From positions 1 to 64,000 of the forward strand of contig JAXLNO010003509.1 of assembly GCA_038087875.1 (NCBI GenBank): a DNA stretch of 64,000 nucleotides, written 5' to 3'. The notes under the pieces are model-generated. The model saw nothing but the letters and a program-made list of their open reading frames with translations. It searched no databases and was not told the DNA's origin. Shown here one piece after another: positions 1 to 12,529 of the stretch (the stretch's first letter is position 1; each line of letters opens with the position of its first letter). The position numbers and the translations under genes are program-made. This DNA is from Malacoraja senta. Taxonomy: Eukaryota.

Positions 1-2210
1 TGATAGGCCTACGGCCAGAATATTAACTAATAATATTTTGTTCTCAAAATTTCAGTTATCAAGGGGAAATAGACAGGGGTGTTCATTATCACCTCTGCTA
101 TTTGCTCTGGTAATAGAACCGTTAGCGGAAAGTATTAGGATACATTCGAATATTCATGGATATAATACAAAATATTCAAATAATAAGATATCTTTATATG
201 CAGATGATGTACTACTATATGTTACAAAATCACAAATTAGTATACCAAATATATTAAATTTAATTGAGGAATTCGGATCCTTCTCAGGATATAGAATAAA
301 TTGGAATAAAAGTGAAATTATGACGATTAAACCTCAAGAATCGACACACCTGTTAAAATTCCCTTTTAAAATCGCTTCAGAAAAATTTAAATATTTGGGA
401 ATTGAAATTACTAGAAAATATAAATCACTATTTAATGCAAACTATATGCCCTTATTCAATAAATTAAACACATTGATTAAATTCTGGAAAACCCTCCCGA
501 TGTCTCTTGTAGGCCGAATAAATGCTATAAAAATGATTTTTTTACCACAAATTTTATAATTAGTCCAGTCAATACCGATATACTTACCAAAAACATTTTT
601 TTTTAAATTGGATGCCGATATTACAAATTTTATATGGGACTATAAATCCCACAGAATTCAAAGAAAACATTTGTGCAAACCTAAGGAATTTGGTGGATTA
701 TCACTTCCCAATTTTATATATTATTATTGGGCCACAAATGTAAAAAATATGATCCACCTGTTGGACAATTCGGCCCAACGGGTGGATTGGACAGTAATGG
801 AGAGAGAGGACTGTTCCCCTTTCAATATAGGAGCGATCCTTCTCTCACCAACAAAAATAAAGAATACAATATATAGTAAAAATCCAATTATTCATAGTAC
901 AATTAGAATTTGGAAACAAATAAAATTAACGTTAAAATTATGAAATCTATCACTACTTTCTCCTATAATGAGAATATATTAAATATATGCGTTTAAACCT
1001 TCTATGATAGATAGAGCTTTTATAACTTGGGAAAGAGTAGGAATTAAAACGTTTGGAGATATGTATGATAATGGAAGTTTTTTAACATTTAATCAATTAC
1101 AACTTAAATACAACTTGAATAGTAATCAATATTTTAAATATTTTCAACTACGTGATTATTTGAAAAAGTATACACGAGAATATCAAAACATGTCTCCTGA
1201 CCTATTAGATGGGATAATGAATATAAAAGCGGAATCAGCTAATTTAATATCATATCTATATAACTCCATTTTAAACATAGAAATTCCAGCATCGGACGGG
1301 ATTAGAAGAGAATGGGAACAGGAACTAGCTATAAAAATCTCGAAAGAGAGTTGGGATAGACATCTATTATATGTGCATAAATGTTCGATTAACGTAAGAC
1401 ATACTCTGATTCAATTTAAAATTTTACATAGATTATATTATTCAAAAGCTAAATTAAGTAAATTGTACCCTAATACCTCGGCTAACTGTGATAAATGCCT
1501 AGTCCAAGAATCAACTATAGCACATTATTTTGTCTTTTGTATAAAAATTCAAAAATTTTGGAATGACATTTTTGAAATTTTCTCTAAATTATTTAAAATA
1601 AAATTGAAACCGAATGCAGAACTGATTATTTTTGGAACAACAGAAGCAAGTTTGGAGCTGACTGTTTCAAAGGAGTTTTCTTCGTTGTGGTTTATTAACG
1701 GCAAAAAAACTGATATTGAAATTTTGGGAAAATGCCCCTACGCCAACAATAAAAATGTGGACTTCTAATATGTCGGAATTGTTACATTTAGAAGATATGA
1801 GATTCCTCCTAGCAGGTAAACAAGACCAATTCCAAAAGATTTGGTTGCCATATATCGACTTATTACAAACATAGGGTGCAACAAAATGTTGATAGTAAAT
1901 GGTTTTAGGACCTGGTGAGGGGTGAGTAAAGATAAGAAGTAGACACATCCCTTTCATATTGTCCTATCTTATTTTCTTTTTTCTCTTTTTTTCTTTTCTT
2001 CTTTAACTACTTCTTGTGGTTTAGGTTCACAAGAGTGTTCCTGGACCACTTTCATTCACTCACTGACTATCTTTGCAAGCTCTTTCTATCCTTTTTTCTA
2101 TTAAAGTTGAAAAACAGAAGTGGTACAAGAATTGTATAAAATTATGTTATGTTATTGCAGATAACTGTAATGTAAAATACTTCTAATAAAAAAAAAGAAT
2201 AAAATAAAAA
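1..2210 (+). mobile_element. L1-clade LINE, 3' part of ORF2 (RT and C-terminus) plus 3' UTR and A-rich tail; disrupted
   Basis: ORFs 38-559 (RQGCSLSPLLFAL, LYADD, KYLGI), 608-943 and 1004-1768 (QFKILHRLY, CDKC..HYFVFC) are consecutive L1 ORF2 pieces broken by a stop at 557-559 and frameshifts; aataaaaaaaaagaataaaataaaaa tail near 2185-2210. Confidence 0.92.
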
Positions 2211-2214
2211 ACAC

Positions 2215-3575
2215 CATAAAACCACATAAAACACCACACTCACATTTCAGTAGACATTCAGTGTGTTCAGTTGATTCACAGCTCAGACAGAGTCGTGACC
2301 TCTCCCTCCCCATCATGCAGAGACTGAGCCACACCCACACTTCCTGGTTTTATAATCCCTCCCCCTACCACCGGAAAAGATGTGGACTTCATGGCGTGAT
2401 TAACAGGAGAGAGATTCTCAACATTTTTTAAACACTAATAACACTTTTGTTTTTCATTGATGGGAAGACTCATCTGCACCTGATGAGCAGAGGGGAACTG
2501 AGTAAGGTGGCCAAAAATCACAGCCGTAAGTGGTAGCGTTTTATCTAAAATCAATATAGTGCAAACGGGAAGTTGCCAAGTTCAGAGAAACATCCATTTG
2601 CAGGCAGTGCCTTTTCACTGCAACCCAAATCCCCCAAACAACCATTTGCAGGCAGTGCCTTTTCACTTCAACCCAAACCCCCCAAACAACCATTTGCAGG
2701 CAGTGCCTTTTCACTTCAACCCAACCCGCCAAACAACCAGTTGCAGGCAATGCCTTTTCACTTCAACCCAATCCTCCCAAACAACCATTTGCAGGCAGTG
2801 CCTTTTCACTTCAACCCAAACCCCCTAAACAACCATTTGCAGGCAGTGCTTTTCACTTCAACCCAAACCCCCCAAACAACCATTTGCAGGCAGTGCATTT
2901 TCACTTCAACCCAAAACCCCCAAAGTACCATTTGCAGGCAGTGCCTTTTCACTTCAACTGAACCCCCCGAAACAACCATTTGCAGGCAGTGCCTTTTCAC
3001 CTCAACCCAAACCCTCCATTCAACCATTTGCAGACTGTGCCTTTTCACTTCAACCCAAACCCCCCAAACAACCATTTGCAGGCAGTGCCATTTTACTTCA
3101 ACCGTAACCCCCCAAACAACCATTTGCAGGCAGTGCCTTTTTACTTCAACCCAAACCCCCCAAACAACCATTTGCAGGCCGTGCCTTTTTACTTCAAGCC
3201 AACCATATTTTCATTTACAAACCACATTAAGGGCACTCACAGTTGAGTAGACATATGTTCAGTGTTATTCAGAGCTCAGAGAGACGTGACCCTCTGGCTT
3301 CCTTCATCTTGCAGAGACTGATTGAGCCACACCACTTCCTGGTTTTATAGTCCCTCCCCCTCCCTCCAGCAGGGGCAGCAGAGAGAATGGCAATTTAAAA
3401 AAAAACATTAATATCTCTCTGACTTTTCATCGATGGGAAAAATCCTCCGGTCCTGGAAGGCGAAGGGGGGCTCTGAGCGAGGTGGCCAAAAATGACGGCC
3501 GTAGGTGGCGGCGTTCTCTAGGAAACACAGCACAGTGAGCCAAAAGCGGTCGAGATCAGACTTTTAGTAATATTG
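2215..3575. repeat. Two diverged direct copies (~2225-2560 and ~3230-3575) of a non-coding interspersed repeat flanking a minisatellite
   Basis: Shared blocks: agtagacat..gttcagt, gcagagactga..gccacacc..cacttcctggttttata.tccctccccc, ttttcat.gatgggaa, aggtggccaaaaat.ac.gccgta.gtgg..gcgtt. Confidence 0.6.
2588..3205. repeat. 48-bp minisatellite, about 13 copies
   Basis: Unit aaacaaccatttgcaggcagtgccttttcacttcaacccaaacccccc (starts at 2636, 2684, ...); explains the 16-aa periodic ORFs 2559-3250. Confidence 0.95.
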
Positions 3576-3599
3576 ATGTACATGTGTGTATATATATGC

Positions 3600-3830
3600 C
3601 AGGAAGGTGTGTGTTTCTGATGATGTTGGCTGCCTTTTTGAGGCAACGACTCCGATAAATATCTTCGATTGAGGGGAGGTCAGAGCCGGTGATGGACTTA
3701 GCAGCGTTTACAACATTTTGCAATCTTTTCCGCTCCTGGACGTTCAAGTTGCCGAACCAGACAATGATGCAACCAATCAATATGCTTTCTACTGTGCACC
3801 TGTAGAAGGTCAAGAGCATCCACTTTGACA
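3600..3830 (-). mobile_element. Rex1/Babar-type LINE fragment (post-RT region)
   Basis: FYRCTVESILIGCIIVWFGN..RLQNVVNAAKSITGSDLPSIEDIYRSRCLKKAANII; same family as 25870-26520. Confidence 0.8.
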
Positions 3831-4959
3831 TACCGTGACATCCACCGTTAATGGCTAATCCTGTCATCAGCTCACAGGTATTAACATTATTACATTAGTT
3901 GGCGTTGCTCTGAATGTCATCAGAATGGCTGGTAGTACCTTAAACCACTCGTGTCGGTTGTCGGTGGGTTCTTTAGTGTCCTGTTTATTCGATACGCAAA
4001 ACCTGTGGTGGATGATGGGGAAGGGGAAACGCTGTTTCACTCCTGACAAGCCGCCATCTTCCTTCATCACCTCCCTGTGAAATACTTTCCCTGGTCAAAG
4101 TCCACGCGAAGAGGGACGCGCTACCTAAATATTATTTATTCGGTTCCATGTTATGCTACTGGATGTACTAGCATGGCATGGGAAAGCCGTTAACCAGTGG
4201 ACAAGTTGGTCAATCAGCACTGAACAATATCTTTATTTGCAAGAGCAAGGCAAGGGCTTGCGTAATTTATCTGCACATGTTAGTCAGTAGGCAACACACA
4301 CTCTTGCATTTTGCTCGTCAACTCGCAAATGAGTCGCCCTGCTTCACAGAGTCGTATTCTACTATGGGAAGAGTGTAAAATTATAGTCCCCTCAGTGTAA
4401 TGGGTTCTGAGACTTTCAATGACCATGTTACACAATTCAGTGCTTGCGCACATTAGTTTAGCAAGTCGGCATTTGCCTAGTTGAATAATATGTATCTGGC
4501 CTCATTGTCGCCATGTTTTTGTTTTAGTACTGCTGTTCAGTATCCTTTCTCATTATCACATTGCAAATGGAAGGGATTAGTTTAATCTGAGCGTCCCAGT
4601 GCTGGAGAGCATGTTAGCACTTGCTGGATTTTTGTAAATGCCGAAATTTGTTTATACTCCCAGTCTACTAGCTCTCCCGTCTGTTTACGGCCGCTAGTGA
4701 GTTCCCTCGAATCATTTTGTATTATGATAGCTTCTGACGTAATCGACCAGCTCGGTCGACCAGCACGGCTTACCCAGTCATTTGAATTTTATCGGAGACA
4801 TGCAAAACCTCATGCTCTTGCACATTTTGGATGCTGCTTATCAGAATCGTGGCAGCTTACTTGCACATAACAAGGTAAACGCATTGATTACAGCAAGCCA
4901 GCCTTCCCGAAATATCTCATAAACGCAAAATGGGAAATCACAACTCATGAGCAGAACAG

Positions 4960-5655
4960 CGGGTTGCGCCACCTGCAGTGGCTGCCTCACCAACAGTCCG
5001 TCTGTCCTTTCGTCTGTTTTTGTTGTTTTAAGTTATTTTGAGTTAAATGTATGTTTTAGTATTTTCTGGTTTGTTTTATGTGGGGAAGGAGGTTGAGGGA
5101 AGCTTTTTTCAATCTCTTATCTCGATTAAGATGCGGCCTAACATCGAGGACTTGGCGGCCTTTCCTGGAGACCGACCCGGCGCTCCAAACCGCAAGAGTC
5201 TGCGGGACTTTAACATCGTGGAACTTGCGATCTCGTTTCAGGGATCGAAGCTCCATCTGCGGGGTCTGTGGACTTTAACATCGTGAAGCACGCGGTCTCT
5301 GGTAAGAAGAGGCCGACTTGAGAGCTCCATGCCGCGGAGAGAGTTTCAACCGCCCCCGACGCGGGTGCATCGATTACCCCGACGGAGGTTTCGATCGTCG
5401 GTTGCGGGGGATTTGATCGCCCCGACTGCGGATGGTTTGATTGCCCCGATCGCGAGGGAACAAGTTGAAAAAGATTGAAATTTATTGCCTTCCATCAGAG
5501 TGAGGAATGTGGAATCTACTGTGATAGATGTTTATGTAAAGTTGTATTTTATGGGTTATGTGTATTGTTGCTTTTCACTTAGTATGGTTTTATGGTAACT
5601 CAAATTTCACTGTACCTTAACTGGTACATGTGACAATAAACTGACCTTGATACCT
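4960..5655 (+). mobile_element. GC-rich non-autonomous retroposon-like repeat (family copy 1)
   Basis: 5' block gcgggttgcgccacctgcagtggctgcctcaccaacagtc, internal aacatcg(c/t)gga repeats, 3' tail tgtgacaataaactgaccttga; reverse copies elsewhere in the window. Confidence 0.6.
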
Positions 5656-7104
5656 TGAAAACTTGCATATTTCTAAACCTTTCGGAAATATATTATTGTT
5701 GAGAATGCAATGTTGAAGGTTAATCGCCATTTGTTTGGATCTACCTCCCATACTACCAATTTCAAATTATTAGTGGAAATAAGTGCATTAATCATACTTT
5801 CCCCAAGTTTCAATGCTTTCTGTACACCAACACTATATTAGCACAAGTGTTGGGAATGGGCTTAAGCGAAGGTTACTTCCTTTATCTATTTGCTACATCT
5901 TCCATACTCTTCCAGAGCTGAACGGTCTCAGATACATGTTAATTTAATTTCCTTTATTGCGACATTCACCTGGTTTCTTCGAGCCCAGGATCACACTCGA
6001 TTTCCTTGTCTCACCGTGTCTCTCCGCAACATCAGCTTAACGTTGAATAGATATTCACCTAACATCAACACGATGCCAATATTTGTCAAAGCTCCCCTCC
6101 CTCCATTCAGGATGTCTCCTTTGACACACACAGCCCAATCATCTTCTCATTTATCTCAGTCGTACTTCACGTAAACACGCGAGATATGACATATGCCTTT
6201 TTTCCAGGAGCCTTTGCAGCTTCTAGATAGGCGCAAAACACCTTCTTTCCTGAGCAATAATTGATATATATTTCCAGTTTTATGTGCATCAAAAATGTGA
6301 TCCCCTGTGCAAATTAAATAAACACAAATCCAAAAGGACTGAACTGCTTTCGTTTTTATTTCGGAACACAGTTCGCAAGCGTGACCAGAGGCGTCCTGAT
6401 ACCTGTCCCACACTCTCACCCGCTTGTTAAACCGGATATTTGGTATCTTGGCTGTATATGACCCTCAAGGAGCAGGATTCAACTAATTCAAATGTTTTCC
6501 AGGTTGCATCGGAACAAGTCAAGACTGATGACATTTCAATCAACACACAACCTTAGCTCTGCTTTCATCCACAGTTGATGCTGTCTGACATGTGTGTTTC
6601 AATAATGGTTATTTATTTGCGCACTGCTACAACTATAGTTTCCATCTCAGACGCTAGTTCCATTTCTAAATGCCTTTGTCTTCACTGAATTATGTCCGCA
6701 CCCCCGAGAGAGCGTGTGATTAACAAGCCTATGTCACAAAAATATAAATTAATATCATTTATATTTTCCATTGCCCTTGGCGTTCAGAACAGTTGTTTTT
6801 CATTCTGTCTATAAGCTCGCGTTATCACAAATCATATTATAGTGATTTGAACCATTGTCTGCACCTGACGAAAGGTAATGGACCTCAAACGTCGTTATCG
6901 TCACAATTGGGTTCAGTAAACTGAAGCCAATGCACTATTTCAATTACTTGGTGTCAGGTTTCGAAATTAGCACTTTGTTTGTTTCTTGATGACTGAATAT
7001 CAAACTTCAGGTAACCCTTGCTCTCTCCTGCCCCTCCCCCTTCCCAGTACTCTCACTATTCCCACTGTCTCCGCCCACTTTATTTCTTTGTCCTCCCCCC
7101 TCCC

Positions 7105-7215
7105 CGACATCATTCTGAAGAAGGGTCTCGACCTGAAACGACGACAATTCCTTCTCTCCATAGATGCTGCCTCACCCGCTGAGTTTCTCCACTATTTTGT
7201 GTCTACCTGCAAAAA
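7105..7215 (+). mobile_element. Penelope-like terminal-repeat fragment with hammerhead-like core
   Basis: ctgaagaagggtctcgacctgaaacga..ttccttctctccatagatgctgcctcacccgctgagtttctcca. Confidence 0.7.
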
Positions 7216-7299
7216 TAATCGATCCGAAGAAATTGTGGAAGTGGATAACGAGGCAAATGCCCATGCATGTTACGGATTTATATGTGTGCCTTTCGTTCA

Positions 7300-7745
7300 A
7301 GACTGGATAGACTTGGTTTATACTCGCTAGAATTTAGGAGATTGAGAGGGGATCTCATAGAAACGTACAAAATTCTTATGGGGTTGGACAGGCTAGATGC
7401 AGGAAGATTGTTACCGATGTTGGGGAAGTCCAGGACAAGGGGTCACAGCTTAAGGATAAGGGGGAAATCCTTTAAGACCGAGATGAGGACAAACTTTTTC
7501 ACACAGAGAGTGGTGAATCTCTGGAACTCTCTGCCACAGAGGGTAGTTGAGGCCAGTTCATTGGCTATATTTAAGAGGGAGTTAGATGTGGCCCTTGTGG
7601 CTAAAGGGATCAGGGGGTATGGAGAGAAGGCAGGTACGGGATACTGAGTTGGATGATCAGCCATGATCATATTGAATGGCGGTGCAGGCTCGAAGGGCCG
7701 AATGGCCTACTCCTGCACCTATTTTCTATGTATCTATGTATCTAT
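7300..7745 (+). mobile_element. CR1 LINE 3' end
   Basis: LDRLGLYSLEFRRLRGDLIETYKI..TRGH..FFTQRVVNLWNSLP; CR1 3' UTR and (tctatg)n tail. Confidence 0.95.
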
Positions 7746-7823
7746 TTACTTTTTCGGATAAAGTTCGCCTTGTGCGTGTGAATATATTCGTAGTAACAAT
7801 AAAGGGACGCGAAATGACATGCT

Positions 7824-8496
7824 TCAGTCTCTGAAGTGTCTCTGAGAAATCGCATAAATGAAAGTGTTTGTACAAGTACTCAAGCATCTTAGCATATAGC
7901 CACTTTTTTCAGCAATTGGGAAATAGGCGTTGTAATCAGTTTTCAAAAATTGAGTACCTGTAAGCTGCACACATATGAAGAACACAAGGTTTAACATCCA
8001 TAGGGAAATAAATTTGCCAGATATTGCAACGAGTAAAATTATCGATTTCCTTCGGTTTTTCAGACTCTTGATCAGTCTCGCACGCCTCTCGATTACTCCC
8101 TCGGAGCTTGCTCCTGACTCTGTTGGCCAGGATAATATGCTTTATGGTCAAGTAATTGAACAGAAGGATCAACACACATGGTGTAAATGGGGTTAAAATA
8201 GTTTCAAACCATAAAAACGCGATCCAGGTGGGCGATATGTAGAAGGTTGCTTTTATATCACAGGACCATGGCACATCATTAATGATTTCCCGAGGTTCAA
8301 ATATAAAGTAGATTGGAATATTTTGCAAAATGCTTACAAGAAACGTTGCTGTTGTAACCTTCACTGCAGTCTTGGTGGTACAATATTTTGTACGTAAAGA
8401 TTGACAACATATAGCAACAAATCGGTCGAATGTAAAAGTGACAGTCAGCCAGACAGAACAATCAAGCGAAATATAACTCAGCTCAATAACAAGCAC
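7824..8496 (-). pseudogene. 5'-truncated class A GPCR pseudogene, GPR139/GPR142-like (family expanded in elasmobranchs), TM3-TM7
   Basis: DCSVWLTVTFTFDRFVAICCQSLRTKYCT (TM3, DRF), LQNIPIYF (TM4), ILTPFTPCVLILLFNYLTIKHII (TM5); frameshift at T5 run 8056-8060, then RRKSIILLVAISGKFISLW (TM6) and LSTCTNTFIYAISQRHFRD* (TM7; TGA at 7826-7824). TM1-TM2 absent. Confidence 0.88.
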
Positions 8497-8569
8497 CCGG
8501 AAACAGGATCGAACCCGTGTCTCTGGCGCTGTAAGGCAGTAGTTCTACCGCGGCGCCACCGTGCAGCCC
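8493..8569 (-). mobile_element. tRNA-derived SINE head (A and B boxes) abutting the GPCR remnant
   Basis: Minus strand gggctgcacggtggcgccgcggtagaactactgccttacagcgccagagacacgggttcgatcctg; A box 8546-8559, B box 8506-8516. Confidence 0.85.
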
Positions 8570-8974
8570 CACTGAAAATCTCTCAGTTCTATTCTTTCTT
8601 GAAAAATATAACGTTTTTTATAAATATACTATGGCTTTCAAATGAATGAGTGAATATTCCATGCAAAATACTGTCGAAGCGGTTTCTTTGTCATATCGGA
8701 AGACGGTATGAAGTATTTGAACATTTCTTAAACTCTCTCAGATTCATATTAGGTTATTGTTATATCAACCAGGATACAATGACATTCCTGCAGGTCATAC
8801 AGATAACAGGGTCCTTGTTCATCAGTCGTCTGAAGAAGGGGTTCGGCCCGAAATGTTGCCTATTTCCTTCGCTCCATAGATGCTGCCTCACCAGCTGAGT
8901 TACTCTAGAATGTTTTTCTATCTTCGATTTTCCAGCATCTGCAGTTCCTTCTTAAACAATTATAGTAAGTATAC

Positions 8975-9606
8975 ACGTACAGCAGGCAGTGAAGAAAGCG
9001 AACGGCATGTTGGCCTTTATAACAAGAGGAATTGCGTATTGAGCAAAGAGGTCCTTCTGCAGGTGTATAGGGCCCTAGTAAGACCACAACTGGAATATTG
9101 TCTGCAGTTTTGGCCCCCTAATTTGAGGAAGTACATTCTTGTTATTGAGGGAGTACAGTGTAGGTTTACAAGGTTAATTCCCGGGATGGTGGGACTGTCA
9201 TGTGCTGAGAGAATGGTGCGGCTGGGCTTGTATGCTCTGGAGTTTAGAAGGATGAGAGGGGATCTTATTGAAACATATAAGATTATTAAGGGTTTGTACA
9301 GGCTAGAGGCAGGAAACATGTTCCCGATGTTGGGGGAGGCCACAACCAGGGGCCACAGTTTAAGAAGAAGGGGTAAGCCATTTAGAACGGATGCGAGGAA
9401 ACACTTTTTCTCACAGAGAGTTGTGAGTCTGTGGAAGTCTTTGCCTCAGAGGGAGGTGGAGGCCGGTTCTCTGGATATTTTGAAGAGAGTGCTAGATAGG
9501 GCTCCTAAAGATAGCGGCGTCAGCGGATATGGGGAGAAGGCAGCACCATCGAATGGCGGTGTTGGCTCGAAGGACCGAATGGCTTTCTCCTGCATCTATT
9601 GTCTAT
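8975..9606 (+). mobile_element. CR1 LINE 3' fragment
   Basis: VLLQVYRALVRPQLEYCLQFW..RRMRGDLIETYKI..FFSQRVVSLW. Confidence 0.93.
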
Positions 9607-10299
9607 AACAGTGTACGGTAATGGTGGATGCAATTAAAAAAAAAAGTAGAACCCAATTCAAAAAGGCAGAAAGGAGCAAAAATGGCCGCACGCTCTTTGG
9701 TGTGATAATGTTGAAATATTTTACCCAGTTACTTCTCTATATTTTGAGCGTAAATTTGCACTTTTTCTCAATTATAAATTATAAATTGAAATGGTCGCAC
9801 GCTCTTTGGTGTGATAATGATTGGTGTTATTCAGACACGATCACATTAGTGACATTGTTTGTTTCATGCCCCTAATCACTGTTACAATGGTAACATGTGC
9901 ACAGATGAGTGAGCATTTATAATCGTCAACACATGATGCATCGGTTGGAAGCAAAAAACTATATTTAACGTCATTCATGCGGTTTCTCTTGATATTTCTT
10001 CGTTAGGTGCATCAGGAATTTCTGATTTGCATCTTGTATTTCGTCCACGTATCAGGTACAAATACAACCAGATTACACAAACATTAACATTTTCTGAGAC
10101 TATGAAAAAATATGGAAATGTGGCAGAAATATTACACAAAGCAAGATGAAAACAATAGAACAGTTTATAAGTTTTGTGATGCAATGCATGCACAATCACG
10201 TGTGGATCATTAATGTTATGCCATCGTGAAGAAATCATTATTGTTAAGTAGAGATTCAGAGGTTTCAATTATGTTTAAACGAAACAGTGAGACCCGTGT

Positions 10300-10620
10300 G
10301 AGATGATGAACATGTCCGTGGACCTTCCGACCTAATATGCTGCATTCGGTGCTCCAGATGTGATCTCCTCTGCATGTGTGAAACGATGGTTTTGTTGAAA
10401 CTCAGCGGAACGATTTTCAATGCCACTGCTGTGTCCGCAACGGCCATCTACAGCTTTCAATTGCTTGTTATTTCAACTCCTTTTTCCACTTACAGACCGG
10501 ACCTTCCGTTCTCAGCCTTCTGCATTGTCACATAGGACACTTGAAAACATGGAAGGGCAAGATCTGATGTTCCAATTCGGTAGCCCAATGTAACGAATAA
10601 TGATTTTGCCAATTCCATGT
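10300..10620 (+). mobile_element. Highly degenerate Penelope-like GIY-YIG endonuclease fragment
   Basis: gcattcggtgctccagatgtgatctcctctgcatgtgtgaaacg reads CIRCSRCDLLCMCET (cf. YCIRCSRCGLLYIGET), followed by FNS..DL.VLSLLHC-like remnants. Confidence 0.6.
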
Positions 10621-11842
10621 ATCCCACAGTCTCCTTCCACAATCTTGCCTCTCCGCCTAGTTTATTCCGCAGTCCTATTCCTTCATTTAACAGGTTCAAT
10701 GTTTCCTTCTCCCCTCCCTACGCCACCTGGCTCAACCAGATTACATCCCACATCTGTCCACTTTAGTTGCAAAATTCTGGCTTCTTCCGTGATCCCACTC
10801 ATTCTTTCTGCAGGGTCTCCACTCGAATCGATGATCTACACACTTTGTTTCCATGGTTGCTGCGTGACCCAGATGGTTCTTGCAAGGTTATTTCTTTTCA
10901 TTGATAGAAATGTGTAGCCACTGATCAAGTGTATATTCATGCATGGACAAACATCATTCAGCATTCTTAACTAGATCCAAATTATCTAAACATCCGCACG
11001 GGAGGAGAATCGGGATCATCTGATAATTTTGACTCCGTGATGGAAGCTCATGGTTAGAATTTATGTTTGATTTAGCTCTTAGGGTAAATGAATCAAGGGA
11101 TATGGGGAAAAAGCAGGAACGGGTACTGATTTTAGATGATCAACCATGATCATATTGAACGGCGGTGCTGGCTCGAAGGGCCGAATGGCCTACTAATTAT
11201 CTATGTTTCTATGTTTTATGATCATACTCAGTAGCGGTGCAGGCTCGAAAGGCCAAATCGCATAATCCTGCACCTATTTTTCCATGTTTCTATGTTCTTA
11301 ATGTGCCACATATTATTTCAAGGATTAACCCTGATTGAGCAGCTGCAACATAAAACAACGGGGATGCAGCTCACGCATAAATAATGTTGTTTTCTCGGCA
11401 ACGGTACATTCATACGTTATATGTAAGTTCATAAGTGATAGTAGCAGAATTAAGCCATTCGGACAATCAAGTGTACTCCGCCATTCAATCGTGGTTGATC
11501 TATTTCTCCCTCCTAAAAACTTTCTCCTGCCTTCTCCCCATGACCCATGACCCCCGTACCCACGATTCACCCATGAATCTATCTACCTGTGCCTTAAAAA
11601 TATCCATTGACGTCTTCCACAGTCTTCTGTGGCATTGAATTCCACAGACCCATCATCATCTGAGTAAATAAATCCCTCACCATCTCCTTGTTAAAGGAAC
11701 GCCCTTTAAATCTGAGGCTATGACCTCTGGTCCTAGACTCTGCCACTAATGGAAACACCCTCTCCACATCAACTCTATCCAGGTAGACAAAAATGCTGGA
11801 GAAACTCAGCGGGTGCGGCAGCGTGTATGGAGCGAAGGAAAT

Positions 11843-11877
11843 AGGCAACGTTTCGGGCCGAACCCCTTCTTCAGACT
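11843..11877 (-). ncRNA. Minimal type I hammerhead-ribozyme motif in a Penelope-like terminal repeat (host repeat ~11785-11960)
   Basis: Minus strand agt-CTGAAGA-agggg-ttcg-gccc-GAAAC-GTT-gcct: CUGANGA and GAAA cores, short stem II, NUH triplet GUU. Confidence 0.6.
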
Positions 11878-11989
11878 GATGTAGGGTGGGGAGGACGGGG
11901 AGAAGAAAGGAGAAAGGAAGAGGAGGAGCTTGAGGGCTGAGGGAGTGCTGAGAAGGAGAGGAGACAAGATCAAGATCAAGATCAAGGTA

Positions 11990-12525
11990 CATTTATTTGT
12001 CACATGTGCCAATTGGCACAGTGAAATAAATGATTACCATACAGCCATACAATTAAAGTAAAGTAGACAACACACGATAGAGTCCAACATAAAACATCCC
12101 CACACAGCAGAATCAAAATTTGCCACTGTGAGGGAAGGCACCAAAGTCAGTCCTCTTCCTCTGTTGTTCTTAATGTTCACCCGTGGTCGGGGCCTCCCGA
12201 GCCCTCTGCATTCGCCGCTATGGGCGACCCGATATTCAGGCCCGCTCGCCGGGATGGAACTCTGACGACGGATCGGGAGAACAACCTCCGCGGCTTGGAC
12301 CTCCGAATCGGCCGCTTCCTACCAGAGTCCTCGGCTCCCGGAGTCCACAGGCCGCGCTGGGCGGAGAGCAAGCTGGCGGGCCTCGGCAAACGGTCCCAGG
12401 GACTCTGCGATGTTGAGGTCAACGCCGCCCGCGTTGGGAGCTCTACGAACCACAGCTCCGCGATGTTGGAACAGCGGGCCCAGCACTCCGGAGCTTCAAA
12501 CGGCGATCCAGGTAGGCATCGCTCC
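11990..12525 (-). mobile_element. GC-rich non-autonomous repeat (family copy 2)
   Basis: tcaaggtacatttatttgtcaca reverse tail; repeated ctc(c/t)gcgatgtt motifs. Confidence 0.6.
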
Positions 12526-12529
12526 GCGG

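Noticed and set aside
2541-3250. Long repetitive ORFs on both strands
   Set aside because: Products of the 48-bp (16-codon) minisatellite; not CRISPR, since there are no unique spacers.
4800-4880. Possible MHC leader exon (MLLIRIVAAYLHIT..|gtaaac) in a CpG-rich region with a CRE-like tgacgtaa
   Set aside because: The donor gives phase 2 (or phase 0 from the other ATG), whereas alpha1 needs phase 1; it is also 28 kb away.
6340-6365. ISRE-like ctttcgtttt
   Set aside because: A short motif expected by chance, with no linked exon or SXY module recognised.
8493-8569. tRNA gene (also other A/B-box sequences in the window)
   Set aside because: These are SINE heads without a complete cloverleaf and run into SINE body sequence.
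9975-10268. 97-aa minus-strand ORF as the missing GPCR N-terminus
   Set aside because: Lacks the family's TM1-TM2 motifs (N..AI.IL.RG.CGLS, AMA.ADL).
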